From contig OZ252243.1 in assembly GCA_965249555.1 (NCBI GenBank), positions 1,152,001 through 1,216,000 of the forward strand: 64,000 bases of DNA, in the 5' to 3' direction. The position numbers and the translations under genes were made by a program. Under the pieces are notes generated by a model. That model searched no databases. It was not told where the DNA came from and saw only the letters and a list, made by a program, of their open reading frames with translations. This DNA comes from Nitrosopumilus sp. (GTDB taxonomy: Archaea > Thermoproteota > Nitrososphaeria > Nitrososphaerales > Nitrosopumilaceae). Below, piece after piece: positions 18,852 to 30,986 of this stretch (the stretch's first letter is position 1; each line of letters starts with the position of its first letter).

Positions 18852-20615
18852 GTGAATTCAAGCCTAGCAAATTCGATTATCTCTTTGAATTCGGTAGCAA
18901 TGGGTGACAAAAAAGCCGATCTTATTTTAAAAAACTGTAATTTATTGTCAGTCTATACTAAAGAAATCATTCCAAAAATTCAGATTGCAATAATTGATGA
19001 TAGGATTGCATATGTTGGTCCAGACGCTGCGCATACAATTGGTCCAAAAACAACAGTCATTGATGTAAATGGCAAATACGTAAGTCCGGGTTTTGCAGAT
19101 CCTCATTTACATATTGATCAATTTGTTCTACCGTCTGAATTTGCAAAAAAGGCACTTCTTTGTGGTGTTACTTCTCTTTTTTCTGATCCAATTGATATTG
19201 TTAGTGTTACAGGTTACAAAGGCTTTCAAGAATTTCTTAAACTTGGAGAAGATTTACCGATAAGAATTTTTCAAGTGGTTCCTGGAGGTCTTCCTGTTGA
19301 TGCAAAATTTAGCAACAGTAAAACTTTTTCTTTATCGCAGGAAAAAACTGCAATAAAACATCCTCATGTTCTTGGCTTGGGAGAAGTTTTTTCATGGACT
19401 AAAGTTACTTTACGTGAACCAAAAACAATGAAATCTCTTTCAACAATGTTAGAGTGTGATTGCATAATTAATGGACATACTGCAGGTATAAGTGAAAAAA
19501 AACTCAACGCATATGTTTCATCAGGTATACTCTCTTGTCACGAACCAATTAATTTTGATCAAGTATTAGAAAGATTGCGTCTTGGAATGTGGGTAATGAT
19601 TAGAGAAGGTTCTATAAGACGTGATTTAAAGGAAATCATTCCTCGTGTTTTGTCTCATGGAACGTACCTTAATCGCCTGATGTTTTGCTCTGATGGTCTT
19701 AATCCACTAGATATTACAAAATTTGGTCATATTGATCATTGCATCAGAGAATCAATAAAACTTGGTCTAAAACCAATAGATGCAATTACCATTGCATCAA
19801 GGAATAATTTTGACTATTACAATATGAGAAAAGATCTTGGTGGAATTGCACCTGGAAAACTAGCAGATATTCTTGTTTTCAATGATTTGAAATCATTCAA
19901 ACCAAACAAAGTCTTTGTGGGAGGTAAACTTGTAGTTTCAAATGGAAGTATTGTAACTTCTATCAAGAAAAAAATAATCTCACCTTGGATTAAAAAAACT
20001 GTTAAACTAAAAAAATTCTCAAAAAATGATTTTCTTATAAAATCAAAAAAGAAAGATGTTCTTGCAAATACTATCTTTATGCAAACTGAAATCATTACCA
20101 AAATTGGTTCAGCTGAACTACATTCAAAAAACGGTCATGTTTCTGCCTCTTTTGATTCTGATATATGGAAAGTTGCAGCATTTGATAGAACTCATGGAAC
20201 AAATCGACATGCAATTGGATTTCTTGAAAACTTTGGAGCAGATATAGGTGCTTTTGCTTCCACTTGGAGTTTTCATGAAAATGATATGATCGTAATAGGT
20301 TCAAATGATTCTGATATGGCAATTGCATCTAATCATATTATTAAAAATCAGGGCGGACTTGTTGTAGTAAAATCTGGCAAAATTCTAGCTTCTTTACCTT
20401 TACAATTTGCAGGAATTATTTCCACAGATTCTTTTGAAAAGGTTTCATCAAATTTTCAAAAAATCAATAACTCTATTGTAGACTCAGGATGTAAATTTGC
20501 TAGACCTCATCTTATCCCATTATTCTTACCTTTTTTGGCTTTACCATCTGTTAGAATTCTCTCAGGTGGCATTGTTGATGTGAAAAAACGAAATTACATA
20601 CAGCCGATCAACTAA
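18852..20615 (+). CDS. ade: Adenine deaminase
   Basis: PGFADPHLH, CHE, IREGS, GIAPGKLAD motifs. Confidence 0.88.
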   Translation: MNSSLANSIISLNSVAMGDKKADLILKNCNLLSVYTKEIIPKIQIAIIDDRIAYVGPDAAHTIGPKTTVIDVNGKYVSPGFADPHLHIDQFVLPSEFAKKALLCGVTSLFSDPIDIVSVTGYKGFQEFLKLGEDLPIRIFQVVPGGLPVDAKFSNSKTFSLSQEKTAIKHPHVLGLGEVFSWTKVTLREPKTMKSLSTMLECDCIINGHTAGISEKKLNAYVSSGILSCHEPINFDQVLERLRLGMWVMIREGSIRRDLKEIIPRVLSHGTYLNRLMFCSDGLNPLDITKFGHIDHCIRESIKLGLKPIDAITIASRNNFDYYNMRKDLGGIAPGKLADILVFNDLKSFKPNKVFVGGKLVVSNGSIVTSIKKKIISPWIKKTVKLKKFSKNDFLIKSKKKDVLANTIFMQTEIITKIGSAELHSKNGHVSASFDSDIWKVAAFDRTHGTNRHAIGFLENFGADIGAFASTWSFHENDMIVIGSNDSDMAIASNHIIKNQGGLVVVKSGKILASLPLQFAGIISTDSFEKVSSNFQKINNSIVDSGCKFARPHLIPLFLPFLALPSVRILSGGIVDVKKRNYIQPIN

Positions 20616-20657
20616 GTAATGTTAAAAAGGGGGATTTAGGGGATTGATGCAGAATCT

Positions 20658-22277
20658 ATGGCCTCAATTCAACAAGGACCAAATGGACCTGTTTTAGTTC
20701 TCAAAGAGAGCGCATTACAGCAAAAAGGTAAAGATGCTCAACAAAACAATATTGCTGCAGCAAAATTAGTTGCAGAATTGGTTAAAAGTAGTCTTGGACC
20801 ACGAGGTCTTGATAAAATGTTAGTTGATTCTTTAGGTGATGTAACTATTACCAATGATGGTGCTACAATTCTAAAAGAAATTGATGTTCAACATCCAGCA
20901 GCTAAAATGATAGTTGAAATCGCTAAAACAGTAGATAATGAAGTAGGTGACGGTACAACTTCATCTGTTGTTTTTGCAGGTGCATTATTAGCCAAAGCAG
21001 AAGATCTTCTCAAAAAAGATGTTCATTCTTCAACCATTGTTGAGGGTTATCAAACAGCTGCTGAAAAAACTCTTGAAATTTACTCAGAATTATCAAAGAA
21101 AATAAGACCTGATGATAAAGAATCGCTTCTTAAAATTGCAATAACTAGTATGCAATCAAAATTAATTTCTGAAGATAGTGGTATTTTATCAAAAATTGTA
21201 GTTGATGCAATTCTTAGTATTGTAACCAAGAAAGGTGATGATTACACTGTTGATCTTGAAAATCTCAAAGTCGAAAAGAAATCTGGTGGTTCAATTCAAG
21301 ACACGCAAATTGTGAAAGGTATTGTTTTAGATAAAGAAATTGTTCATAGTGGAATGCCTACAAAAATTGAAAAAGCAAAAATTGCATTAATAAATTCAGC
21401 ATTAGAAATTGAAAAAACTGAAATGAGTTCTGAAATTAGAATTACTGATCCAACTCAAATGCAGATGTTCTTAGAAGAAGAAAATCGAATGCTAAAAACT
21501 ATGGTTGACAAGTTACATGATGTTGGAGTTAATGTTTTGATTTGTCAAAAAGGAATTGATGACATTGCACAACACTATCTTGCAAAACACGGTATTTTGG
21601 CAGTTCGTCGTGTCAAAGAAAGTGATATGATTAAACTTTCTAAAGCCACAGGTGGACGTGTAATTAGCAACCTAGATGATCTTTCAGAAAAAGACCTTGG
21701 TTATGCTGATTTGGCTCATCAAAAGAAAGTTGAATCTGATAAATGGGTATTCATTGAAGGATGTAAACATCCACAATCAGTCACTTTACTAATACGTGGT
21801 GGTTCTCAACGAGTAATTGATGAAGTTGATCGTTCAATTCATGACTCTTTAATGGTGGTAAAAGATGTAATTGAAAAACCTGAAATTGTTGCAGGCGGAG
21901 GTGCACCTGAATCATTTGCAGCCTCACAACTCAAGAACTGGGCAGATAATTTTGATGGCAGAGAACAACTTGCAATCAAAAAATATGCTGAAGCATTAGA
22001 AACAATTCCGTTAACTATTGCTGAAAATGCAGGAATGGATCCAATTAATACCATGGCTAATCTTAGAGCAAAACAAAATCAGGGTCGTAAATGGACTGGT
22101 ATTGATGCTAGAAACACAAAGATTGCTGATATGTTAGCAATTGATGTTGTAGAACCAATTGTAGTCAAAGAACAGATTATCAAATCTGCAACAGAAACAG
22201 CATGTATGATTCTTAGAATAGATGACGTAATTGCTGTATCTGGCGGTTCAGGTGGCAGTATGCCTCCAATGGGATAA
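20658..22277 (+). CDS. ths: Thermosome (group II chaperonin) subunit
   Basis: [19 protein letters not shown] and GDGTTS motifs. Confidence 0.97.
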   Translation: MASIQQGPNGPVLVLKESALQQKGKDAQQNNIAAAKLVAELVKSSLGPRGLDKMLVDSLGDVTITNDGATILKEIDVQHPAAKMIVEIAKTVDNEVGDGTTSSVVFAGALLAKAEDLLKKDVHSSTIVEGYQTAAEKTLEIYSELSKKIRPDDKESLLKIAITSMQSKLISEDSGILSKIVVDAILSIVTKKGDDYTVDLENLKVEKKSGGSIQDTQIVKGIVLDKEIVHSGMPTKIEKAKIALINSALEIEKTEMSSEIRITDPTQMQMFLEEENRMLKTMVDKLHDVGVNVLICQKGIDDIAQHYLAKHGILAVRRVKESDMIKLSKATGGRVISNLDDLSEKDLGYADLAHQKKVESDKWVFIEGCKHPQSVTLLIRGGSQRVIDEVDRSIHDSLMVVKDVIEKPEIVAGGGAPESFAASQLKNWADNFDGREQLAIKKYAEALETIPLTIAENAGMDPINTMANLRAKQNQGRKWTGIDARNTKIADMLAIDVVEPIVVKEQIIKSATETACMILRIDDVIAVSGGSGGSMPPMG

Positions 22278-22320
22278 GTTTTAGTTAAAACTTAAGCCTT
22301 CTAATTTTACTAAATTATCA

Positions 22321-23184
22321 TTGTATAAGGTTGGTGTTGATTTAGGTGGTACTAAAATAGAAGCGATTTTACTTGATGAAAATCTAAATGTTTTAGAGAA
22401 AAAAAGAGTCTTAACTCCAAAAAATAGTTATCAAGAAATCATCAATGCTATCTCATCTTTGGTCTTAGACATTTCTGTAAACATCTCAGACTTTTCTTTA
22501 GGAATTTGTACACCCGGTGCAATTTCTAAACAAACTGGATTAATTAAAAATAGTAATACACAATGCTTGATTGGAAAATCCCTAAAAGAAGATCTAGAAA
22601 ATAAACTAGAAAAAAAAATATCAATGGAAAATGATGCTAACTGTTTTGCAATGGCTGAATCTAAAATGGGTGCTGCTAGTGGGTTTGGTGTAGTCTTTGG
22701 AGTGATAATGGGCACTGGTGTTGGCGGTGGAATTGTAATTGATGGAAAACTTCATCCTGGTAGAACTAACATTGGAGGTGAATGGGGACATCATACGATA
22801 CATCGCAATGGAAATCCTTGTTATTGTAGCAAAACTGGATGTGTAGAGACTTACATCAGTGGTCCTTCACTGGAAAAACGATGGAAAGAATTAACTGGAA
22901 AATTACAATCTCTTTCTGACATTCTTTCAAATATTGATAATGAGATTGGACAAAAATGGAAAAATGAATTTTTAGAAAATTTTGGATATGGTCTTGCTAA
23001 TGTTATAGATATCTTAGATCCGGATGTAATTGTTTTAGGTGGTGGTTTATCAAATATTGATTTTTTGTATACTGAAGGAAAAGAATCAGTTCACAACAAG
23101 GTATTTTCAGACTTGGTTGATACCCCAATTTTGAAAAACAAATTAGGTGATTCTGCTGGGGTTTTTGGTGCGTGTTTATTATGA
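22321..23184 (+). CDS. ROK family sugar kinase
   Basis: GVDLGGTK, ENDANC, GTGVGGG, GEWGH and C.C..GC.E motifs. Confidence 0.92.
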   Translation: MYKVGVDLGGTKIEAILLDENLNVLEKKRVLTPKNSYQEIINAISSLVLDISVNISDFSLGICTPGAISKQTGLIKNSNTQCLIGKSLKEDLENKLEKKISMENDANCFAMAESKMGAASGFGVVFGVIMGTGVGGGIVIDGKLHPGRTNIGGEWGHHTIHRNGNPCYCSKTGCVETYISGPSLEKRWKELTGKLQSLSDILSNIDNEIGQKWKNEFLENFGYGLANVIDILDPDVIVLGGGLSNIDFLYTEGKESVHNKVFSDLVDTPILKNKLGDSAGVFGACLL

Positions 23185-23261
23185 CTGATAAATTCCATTT
23201 TGGAATCTATTTGTCAAACAAAATATAGATTATAGATATAACTATCAAAACCTAAAGAGTT

Positions 23262-23920
23262 TTGAAGAAAATTGATTTCAAAGATAATTCTTGGTTTGCT
23301 CTCTGTAATTATCTTATTTCAAGCACATCAAGTTTATGGTGATGAAGAATTACCCATAATTACAATAGATTTTGTTTCTGGAAATATAATTGATTTAGAC
23401 GAGTCCACAAATGATTAGGGCTGATATTCTAATCCAAAACTATAATCCTCAAGATGGTTATACCTACATGTAAATTACTAGAGTAAGTGATGGAGAAATT
23501 ACCAAATACACTGAAATTTTACCTAAGGCTATTAGTGGAGAAGAAGATAATTTGTCTCGAGTTCAAATTTTACACTACATTGAACCTGGTCAAAACGATG
23601 AAGACTTGATAGGAGATTATATACTTGGAATTCATTCTCAATATGGTTCTAGTGGAGCTGTTGAAGAATTTTCTATTATTAACTAAAGTATGCCAATAAT
23701 TGCTACTCAGAATGAAGTTGAAGAATCAGTAACACCTGAATAATCAGTAACATCTGAAGAATATGATGATGTTGAAGACAGTATAGAATCAGATAAAATT
23801 CCTTCTTGGGTACATGATATTTTTGTTTGGTATGCAAATGAAACTATTTCAGAAAATGAATTACTAGCAGCAATAGAATATCTAATTTCCCAAGGAACTA
23901 TTAATGTAAATTCTAATTAA
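23262..23920 (+). pseudogene. Degraded secreted protein with thaumarchaeal IPxW C-terminal domain
   Basis: Signal-like start, several frameshifts and stops, intact tail DKIPSWVHDIFVWYANETISENELLAAIEYLISQGTINV. Confidence 0.8.
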
Positions 23921-23930
23921 TTTGTAAACA

Positions 23931-24293
23931 TCAAGAATATTTGTTTTTAATTTCTAAAATCTTGTCAACAATTTTAATTACGTCTGCATCTAATTCTGTG
24001 CTAATCAAAATCAATCCTGCCCCTCCAATAGGAATAGTTACTCGATAAATTTTCTCATATTTTGCTAATGCAAAAATAGGCCTTCCAATTTTCCCTGCAG
24101 TTTTTTTACGGGTAGACCATCTGTAAATTGCCTGAGATAAAGACAACTCAGTTTCTTCTTTTGATAAATGACTTTTCAACCCTGGCCTCATCTTATCATA
24201 AAGTTCACCATAATCATACGCTCCTACATATCTGATTTTTTCATCACATTCTAAAATTTCATTACAAATTTTTTCATATTCCATATTTTTCAC
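23931..24293 (-). CDS. DUF6659-like (roadblock/profilin-like) protein
   Basis: ICNEIL.CDEKIRYVG..IGRP.F..AKYEK pattern common in Thaumarchaeota. Confidence 0.7.
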   Translation of the reverse strand: MKNMEYEKICNEILECDEKIRYVGAYDYGELYDKMRPGLKSHLSKEETELSLSQAIYRWSTRKKTAGKIGRPIFALAKYEKIYRVTIPIGGAGLILISTELDADVIKIVDKILEIKNKYS

Positions 24294-25840
24294 TACTGGG
24301 GTTCAATTGTTGCAGGGGGTTTACTTGAAATGGTATACGTTACCCATGTAACATCTTCAATTTCATTTGTAATTCTATTACTAATTTTTTCTAAAAGACC
24401 ATGTGGAAGTCTTGTCCAATCTGCAGTCATTGCATCAATAGAATCTACAACTCGTATCATAACAATGTTTCCATATCTTCTTTCATCACCAACAACACCT
24501 ACTGCTTTATCGTCTCCAACTGCAGCATATGCTTGCCAAACTTTGTCATACAAGTCAGCCTCCATTAATTCATCTTCGACAATTTTACTTGCTACTTTGG
24601 CAATCTGAAGTTTTGTTGGAGTTACTTCTCCTATTATTCTAACAGCTAGTCCTGGACCTGGAAATGGATGTCTCATCAAAAGTTTCTCTGGAACTTTTAG
24701 AATTTTTGCTATTTTTCTTACTTCATCTTTGTATAATTCTCTTAGTGGTTCTAAAATTTCTAAATTGAGCCAACCTGGTAATCCTCCTACATTGTGATGA
24801 GACTTTATTACAGATGCTGGTCCCTTTGAAACTCCGCTTTCAATTACATCAGGATAAAGTGTACCTTGAGCTAACCATTTGAAAGGGCCATTTTTTTCAG
24901 AGAATTCAGTAAAAACACGAATAAACTCCTCACCTACAATTTTTCTTTTTCTTTCAGGATCTTCTACTCCTTTGAGTTTATCAAGAAACTCATCAACTGC
25001 ATTAACTGCTGTAAAATTTACATCAAAATTGTCTTTGAACATTTTCTCAATTTCTGTTTCTTCGTTTAATCGTAACAAACCATTATTTACAAAAACACAT
25101 TTGAGTTTATTTCCAAGTGCTTTGTGAATTAGTAATGCCGCTACAGTTGAATCTATACCTCCACTAACTCCACAAAGTACATCTCCTTCTATTTTTGAAA
25201 TTTTTTCTACAGCTGTATCAATAAAACCCTCCATAGTCCAATCTTGTTTTGCTTTACATACTTTCAAAACAAAATTCTTTAGAATTTCAGTACCTTGTTC
25301 TGTATGTACCACTTCAGGATGAAATTGAATTCCATAAATTGATTTTTCCTCTGATGCAATTGCAGCAGCTTTTGCACTTTCTGTATGGCCTATTACTTGA
25401 AATCCTGGAGGAATTTCTTCTGCTTCATCACCATGACTCATCCATGCTCTGACTGACTCTCCTACATCACTTAGAAGATCTTTATCATTATCAATTGTAA
25501 GTAAGGATGAACCATATTCTTTGTTTGCTCTTTTTATTTTACCACCGTATTTATTTACAATTAATTGATGTCCATAACAAATTCCAAGTAATGGTAAACT
25601 CATATCAAAAATTTTATTTTCTGGAACTGGAGCATCTGAATCATAAACACTTGCTGGACCTCCTGAAAAAATTATTCCTTTTGGATTATGTTTTTGTAAT
25701 TCTTCATAACTAATATCAAAAGGAACAAGTTCTGCATAGACAGAAAATTCTCTAATTCTTCTACAAATCAAATGGCTGTATTGTGACCCAAAATCTAAAA
25801 CTAGAATTTTATCCATGTCATCCCTTTTTGATATTTTCAA
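24293..25840 (-). CDS. guaA: GMP synthase (glutamine-hydrolysing), likely start at 25816
   Basis: DFGSQY, GICYGHQ, SGGIDS, IKSHHNVGGLP and KPPATIE motifs. Confidence 0.97.
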   Translation of the reverse strand: MKISKRDDMDKILVLDFGSQYSHLICRRIREFSVYAELVPFDISYEELQKHNPKGIIFSGGPASVYDSDAPVPENKIFDMSLPLLGICYGHQLIVNKYGGKIKRANKEYGSSLLTIDNDKDLLSDVGESVRAWMSHGDEAEEIPPGFQVIGHTESAKAAAIASEEKSIYGIQFHPEVVHTEQGTEILKNFVLKVCKAKQDWTMEGFIDTAVEKISKIEGDVLCGVSGGIDSTVAALLIHKALGNKLKCVFVNNGLLRLNEETEIEKMFKDNFDVNFTAVNAVDEFLDKLKGVEDPERKRKIVGEEFIRVFTEFSEKNGPFKWLAQGTLYPDVIESGVSKGPASVIKSHHNVGGLPGWLNLEILEPLRELYKDEVRKIAKILKVPEKLLMRHPFPGPGLAVRIIGEVTPTKLQIAKVASKIVEDELMEADLYDKVWQAYAAVGDDKAVGVVGDERRYGNIVMIRVVDSIDAMTADWTRLPHGLLEKISNRITNEIEDVTWVTYTISSKPPATIEPQ

Positions 25841-26393
25841 GCATTCGCGTTAATGACCACCCTGCTGTGTTGATTAACTCATTTACTCTTTCTTTTTGCC
25901 TATAGTTTTTGATAATAATTTCCCTAATGTCTGCTCCATTCTTGTTTATTATGCAATCAATAATTGATTCTTTTTGGATTTTCCCATTTTCTGCTTCTAC
26001 AAAATCCTTCTTTTTCATTTCTCCGATAATTCTATCTAAGAAAAATGATTTGAAGGGTGGAGTATCATCGCTAATCTCAATTTCATCATTTAAAACTATG
26101 GAAACTTGTTCTGGTGTGACATATGCATTAGCAAGTACTTTACCATCACCTGCTCTTTTAATTGGGATTGAATTCTCTTCAGGTTTTTTTACACTTTCTA
26201 TTTTGTTTTGAATCTCTACTTTCGTTGTTTCTAACTGTGACGCTTTTGTAAAACTAGAATCCTTCAAGAATAAATCTAAAATTATGATATTTTTTTCTAA
26301 CATTTCTATGGATTCATGATGTTTGTCAATTTGCCCGATCAAACTTTCCTTCAAAGTAACAATATCTTTTACTTGTTCTTCTGAGAATTTCAT
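25818..26393 (-). CDS. Conserved hypothetical protein
   Basis: 191-aa ORF in the mptE-guaA operon; TPPFKSFF motif. Confidence 0.75.
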   Translation of the reverse strand: MKFSEEQVKDIVTLKESLIGQIDKHHESIEMLEKNIIILDLFLKDSSFTKASQLETTKVEIQNKIESVKKPEENSIPIKRAGDGKVLANAYVTPEQVSIVLNDEIEISDDTPPFKSFFLDRIIGEMKKKDFVEAENGKIQKESIIDCIINKNGADIREIIIKNYRQKERVNELINTAGWSLTRMLENIKKG

Positions 26394-26428
26394 AATTTGA
26401 TAAATGAGGGATGGGTATTAAATGCATT

Positions 26429-27166
26429 CTAGATAATTATAATATCTACATCTTTGTATGATATTTTTTTAAACCCATTAATTGGCTTTGATGTGGTAAA
26501 CAATTCTGATTTTGTAATAGTTGATAGCCATTCCAAAAGTGATTTTCCTCTTTGTAATTTCATTAATTTTATTTTCCTTTCTGATTTTTTTGTATTTGAA
26601 AATTTTCCAATCCGATCTCCAAAATCCATTCCAAACAAAATAATTTTTTTTGCACCATAATGATTAGCTAGAAAAACTCCCCTATCACCATCTGTAAATC
26701 CTCCAAAATTTTGTATTTTACCAAAAGATTTTGATTGAGTTGTTCCAATACAATTTTTAAATTTTTTTGAAAATTCTAGTTTTTCTATATTATCCCCATG
26801 TGCATGTACAACAAATATTGATTTTGTTTTAGCAATTTTTTTTAATGTATTTTCGTCTCCATCTAAATCAGTAATGACAATATCTGGAATAATCCCATTT
26901 TCTACAAGATGTTTAACTGAACTATCTGCAGCAATTTTTATTGATTTTCTGAAATTTCTCAATTTTGGAATAGCAGTTGATAATGAAGGTCCCGAACCTA
27001 TCACAAAAACTATTTTACCTTTTACTAAATTGGTAATTTTTTCATTAACATTTGATTTTTTCAGAATTGAGTTCAAAAGTATGGCTGATTCTTTATCCTT
27101 TTTTTCACTATACTTGAATTCGTTTAAAATATCTGAATATTTTTCTCTCCAACCTAAAGTCATCAT
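26429..27166 (-). CDS. mptE: 6-hydroxymethyl-7,8-dihydropterin pyrophosphokinase (DUF115)
   Basis: GSGPSL, AAD, TDLDG, VHAHGDN and FGGFTDGDR motifs; start at MMTLGW avoids overlap with folP. Confidence 0.9.
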   Translation of the reverse strand: MMTLGWREKYSDILNEFKYSEKKDKESAILLNSILKKSNVNEKITNLVKGKIVFVIGSGPSLSTAIPKLRNFRKSIKIAADSSVKHLVENGIIPDIVITDLDGDENTLKKIAKTKSIFVVHAHGDNIEKLEFSKKFKNCIGTTQSKSFGKIQNFGGFTDGDRGVFLANHYGAKKIILFGMDFGDRIGKFSNTKKSERKIKLMKLQRGKSLLEWLSTITKSELFTTSKPINGFKKISYKDVDIIII

Positions 27167-27188
27167 ATAACTCAAATTACATTGGTTT

Positions 27189-28067
27189 TTGATAAATGAT
27201 GTGACCAGAATTGGAAATGTCGACGTAGGTAGAAAAAATACTGTACGTATAATGAGCATTCTTAACACCAGTCCTGAATCATTTTACAAAAAATCTGTCA
27301 ATACCGCCAAAACTACCATCAAAAATTCTGTAAAACAGATGGAAAATGATGGTGCAGATTTTATTGATGTTGGAGGTATGTCTACTGCACCTTACCTATC
27401 TACGATAGTATCTGAAAAAGTTGAATCAAAAAGAATTCTTGATGCAATTAAAATAATTCAAAATATATCTAATCTTCCAATCTCTGTTGATACTTGTAGG
27501 TCTAAAGTTGCTAGAGATGCTTTAGAACAAGGAGTTGAAATAATCAATGATATTTCTGGATTAAAGTATGATAAAAAAATGCAAGAGATTATTTCAAAAT
27601 TTACACCATCTCTGATTTTGTGTGCATATGATTCCAAAACCATTTCCGGGAATGCTGTAACTACAACCAAAAAATTGCTTAGAGAAAGCTTGAAAATTGC
27701 AAAAAAATCAAATATTCCATCTGACAAAATTGTATTAGATCCTGCTATTGGATTTTTTAGAAAAACTGGAAAAGGCCCATTTTTTACAAAAATTAAATCA
27801 GATTGGGTAGAAAGAGATCTATCCATAATCAGAAATTTAAATTCTATAAAACAAAATTTTCCAATTTTAATCTCTGTTTCAAACAAATCCTTTCTAGGTA
27901 ATCTTTTACAAAAAGAAAATCCTTCTGATCGATTATTTGGCTCAATAGCTGCAGAAGCTATATCTGTCATAAATGGTGCTGACATTATTCGTACTCATAA
28001 TGTTGAGGCAACTAAGAATGCAATTACCATATCTTTGAAACTCTCAAAACGATACAAAGGCTTATAA
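27189..28067 (+). CDS. folP: Dihydropteroate synthase
   Basis: ILNTSPESF, DVGGMSTAP, ISVDT, INDISG, LDPAIGF and IIRTHNV motifs. Confidence 0.95.
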   Translation: MINDVTRIGNVDVGRKNTVRIMSILNTSPESFYKKSVNTAKTTIKNSVKQMENDGADFIDVGGMSTAPYLSTIVSEKVESKRILDAIKIIQNISNLPISVDTCRSKVARDALEQGVEIINDISGLKYDKKMQEIISKFTPSLILCAYDSKTISGNAVTTTKKLLRESLKIAKKSNIPSDKIVLDPAIGFFRKTGKGPFFTKIKSDWVERDLSIIRNLNSIKQNFPILISVSNKSFLGNLLQKENPSDRLFGSIAAEAISVINGADIIRTHNVEATKNAITISLKLSKRYKGL

Positions 28068-28097
28068 TCAATATTTAACTTTCTTAACAAGGTTTCA

Positions 28098-29528
28098 TTG
28101 GAATTCAAAGAAGGATTAACTTTTGACGATGTTCTTCTTGTACCTAAATATTCAGATATTACAAGTAGAAGTCAAACCGATCTGAGTACTAAATTATCTC
28201 GAAATATCTCAATTAACATTCCTTTTGTAAGTGCAAATATGGATACTGTTACTGAATCTTCTATGGCTATGGCAATGGCTCGTGCTGGGGGTATAGGAAT
28301 CATTCACAGATTTTTATCTATTCAAGAACAAGCCAATGAAGTTCTCAAAGTAAAACGTTCAGGAAGTGTGATAATTGAAAATCCTTATTCTATTTCTTCT
28401 AACAGGTCTGTTCGAGATGCTTTAGACTATGCAGAAGACAAGGAAATCTCTGGTCTTTTAGTAGTTGATTCTAATTCTAAATTAGTAGGAATAATAACTG
28501 AGAGAGATTTACTATTTGCTAATACAAGTAATCATATTCACGATGTTATGACTAAAGATGTTGTAACTGCAAAACCTGGTGTGACATTAGATGAAGCAAA
28601 AGAAATTTTACACAAACATAGAATTGAAAAATTACCAATAGTTGATGATTCAGGAATTATCAAAGGATTGATTACAAGTAAGGATATTATAAATAATGCA
28701 GACTATCCAAATGCATCCAAAGATAAGAAAGGGCGACCATTAGTTGGAGCAGCAGTTGGTGTAAAAGGTGACTTTTTAGAAAGAAGTGAATCTCTTTTAG
28801 AATCAGGAGCTGATATACTTGTTGTTGATATAGCACATGGTCACAGTGAAAATGCACTAAGCACAGTTCGTAATATCAAAAAAGCATTTCCAGACTGTGA
28901 ATTAATTGCAGGTAATATTGCAACTGCTCAAGGTGCAGAAGATTTGATAAAAGCAGGAGTTGATGCAGTAAAGGTTGGTGTCGGATCTGGTTCAATTTGT
29001 ATTACTAGAGTAATTACTGGTTCTGGTGTACCCCAATTAACTGCAGTAATGGATTGTGCAAAAATTGGCAAGGATCACGGCATTCCAATAATTTCTGATG
29101 GTGGTACTAGAACTTCTGGTGATGCAACAAAAGCGTTGGCTGCTGGTGCATCATCTGTAATGGTAGGTAGTATGCTTGGAGGCACTGATGAATCTCCGGG
29201 TACAGTTTTGACTAAAAATGGGAAACGCTTCAAAGTTTATCGTGGAATGGCTTCCCTTGCAGCCTCAATTGGCAGAAAATCAAAGGAAACAGGCTCATTT
29301 TCACTTGATGATGATCTCAATGATTACGTTGCAGAAGGAGTTGAGGCAATGGTTCCATACAAAGGAACTGTAACTGACATACTAAAACAACTTACAGGTG
29401 GTATACGTTCTGGTTTGAGCTATTGTGGTGCGCATACAATTCCTCAAATGCAAGATAATGCAGAATTTATCAAAATGTCGAGAGCTGGATTTGCAGAAAG
29501 TCAACCTCATGATGTTTCTTTGATGTAG
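28098..29528 (+). CDS. guaB: IMP dehydrogenase
   Basis: [11 protein letters not shown] pair and GSGSICITR motif. Confidence 0.97.
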   Translation: MEFKEGLTFDDVLLVPKYSDITSRSQTDLSTKLSRNISINIPFVSANMDTVTESSMAMAMARAGGIGIIHRFLSIQEQANEVLKVKRSGSVIIENPYSISSNRSVRDALDYAEDKEISGLLVVDSNSKLVGIITERDLLFANTSNHIHDVMTKDVVTAKPGVTLDEAKEILHKHRIEKLPIVDDSGIIKGLITSKDIINNADYPNASKDKKGRPLVGAAVGVKGDFLERSESLLESGADILVVDIAHGHSENALSTVRNIKKAFPDCELIAGNIATAQGAEDLIKAGVDAVKVGVGSGSICITRVITGSGVPQLTAVMDCAKIGKDHGIPIISDGGTRTSGDATKALAAGASSVMVGSMLGGTDESPGTVLTKNGKRFKVYRGMASLAASIGRKSKETGSFSLDDDLNDYVAEGVEAMVPYKGTVTDILKQLTGGIRSGLSYCGAHTIPQMQDNAEFIKMSRAGFAESQPHDVSLM

Positions 29529-29550
29529 TTACTTAAACTTTAGAATTACA

Positions 29551-29841
29551 TTAAGTAAGTTCTTTGTATTTTTCTAACTGCTGAATCATTTCTTCTGCAG
29601 AAGGATTTTGTCCTAATCGAATACATGGAATGTCATTTTCATCACATCCATTTTTGTTATCAATTTCTTCAGTAATAAGGATCATCTTGTTCTGTTCAAC
29701 ATACTTGATTATGGAATAATCATATTGTAATTTCAGATTTTTATTTTCTCGTAATTTTCTAACACTATATGCTTCATAGCCATGCTCTATCAATCTCTCT
29801 TCTAGTCCTTCATACATTTCATCAAAAAGAATCGATAACAT
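29551..29841 (-). CDS. DUF5615 PIN-like protein
   Basis: ILFDEM..D..I..ILITE pattern. Confidence 0.7.
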   Translation of the reverse strand: MLSILFDEMYEGLEERLIEHGYEAYSVRKLRENKNLKLQYDYSIIKYVEQNKMILITEEIDNKNGCDENDIPCIRLGQNPSAEEMIQQLEKYKELT

Positions 29842-29969
29842 GAATCACATACTATTACTCTGATCTTTTATATAAATAGATCATCTTGTTTCTCAAAACT
29901 AAATTTATCTATGTGATCATTTTTCAAAATTGAATAAAAGAGAGAGAGTGGGAAATATTTCCTGAATCA

Positions 29970-30209
29970 GTGTCTAATCCTATTGAGCAAGCAACATCAA
30001 CATCATCTTTATTGTATCGTGGACGTACTCCAAGAAAGGATATTTATGAAAAATCAGAACAAACAATTGATGAACTGCTTAAACAACATTCGAATTATCA
30101 AACTGGTTCATTATTTGACAAACTTGGTATTACTGGAAAGCTTCGTTATTGTGCAATCGAGAATCTGAGTCAATTATATCGTCTATGGTTTCTCCAACCA
30201 TCCTCATAA
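29970..30209 (+). pseudogene. Short hypothetical ORF or gene fragment
   Basis: 79-aa ORF in an accessory gap; no recognisable family. Confidence 0.3.
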
Positions 30210-30515
30210 TTTACAGGATTCATATTTTTACAAAACTTTCAAAACCGACTTTTATTTAAGAATTAATTTATCTAGCATTTTCAAAGCAGTTTTGATTTGG
30301 TAAATTAATTCTAATATAGATCTTAATCTTTCTCACTCGATATGGCTTCTTGAAATCCTGAATTTACGCTCAAGATAGGTTTCTATTTTGCTTTGAATAA
30401 CTAACTGCACTTTAGATTTGAGCCTCTTTGAGTTACTTAAAGACCGAGTTAATGCCATTATAGGATCGCTGGTAATGTAGTTAATTTTTTAAACAGCATG
30501 TAAAATTATTGAATT

Positions 30516-30986
30516 ATGTTATCAAAAAGAACTATCATTGGCTTGATAATTGGAATTGTAATTATGGGAATTGGTGGTGTTTCTTTAATTCAACATATTG
30601 GAACAATCACTATTAATGAAAATTATATTGTAGAAGTTGGTGATTCCGCATTCTATACAATCCCTGCTCCTAATCACACACCACAATCCATGAAAATTGT
30701 TGGGGACGCTTTTGATCTTAAACTTGAAAGTCCAAGTACTGGCTTGCAGATTCCAAATACAACATCCTACAAAAATGAGCTAAAGTTAGATTGGGTTCAT
30801 GTAGCAGATGGTGAAACAAAAATCCAGATCCAAAACACTGGAAATACAGAATTAGAAATTACAGGAGTTTTAATTAGAACCTCTGATCCAATCTGGTTTA
30901 CCTTTGATTTTATGGTAATTATTTCTGGAATGGTAATCATTGGATTTAGTATGGGCTTTACATTAAGAAAACCCAAAGGCTTTTAG
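30516..30986 (+). CDS. Two-TM membrane protein
   Basis: Hydrophobic helices at both termini. Confidence 0.75.
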   Translation: MLSKRTIIGLIIGIVIMGIGGVSLIQHIGTITINENYIVEVGDSAFYTIPAPNHTPQSMKIVGDAFDLKLESPSTGLQIPNTTSYKNELKLDWVHVADGETKIQIQNTGNTELEITGVLIRTSDPIWFTFDFMVIISGMVIIGFSMGFTLRKPKGF

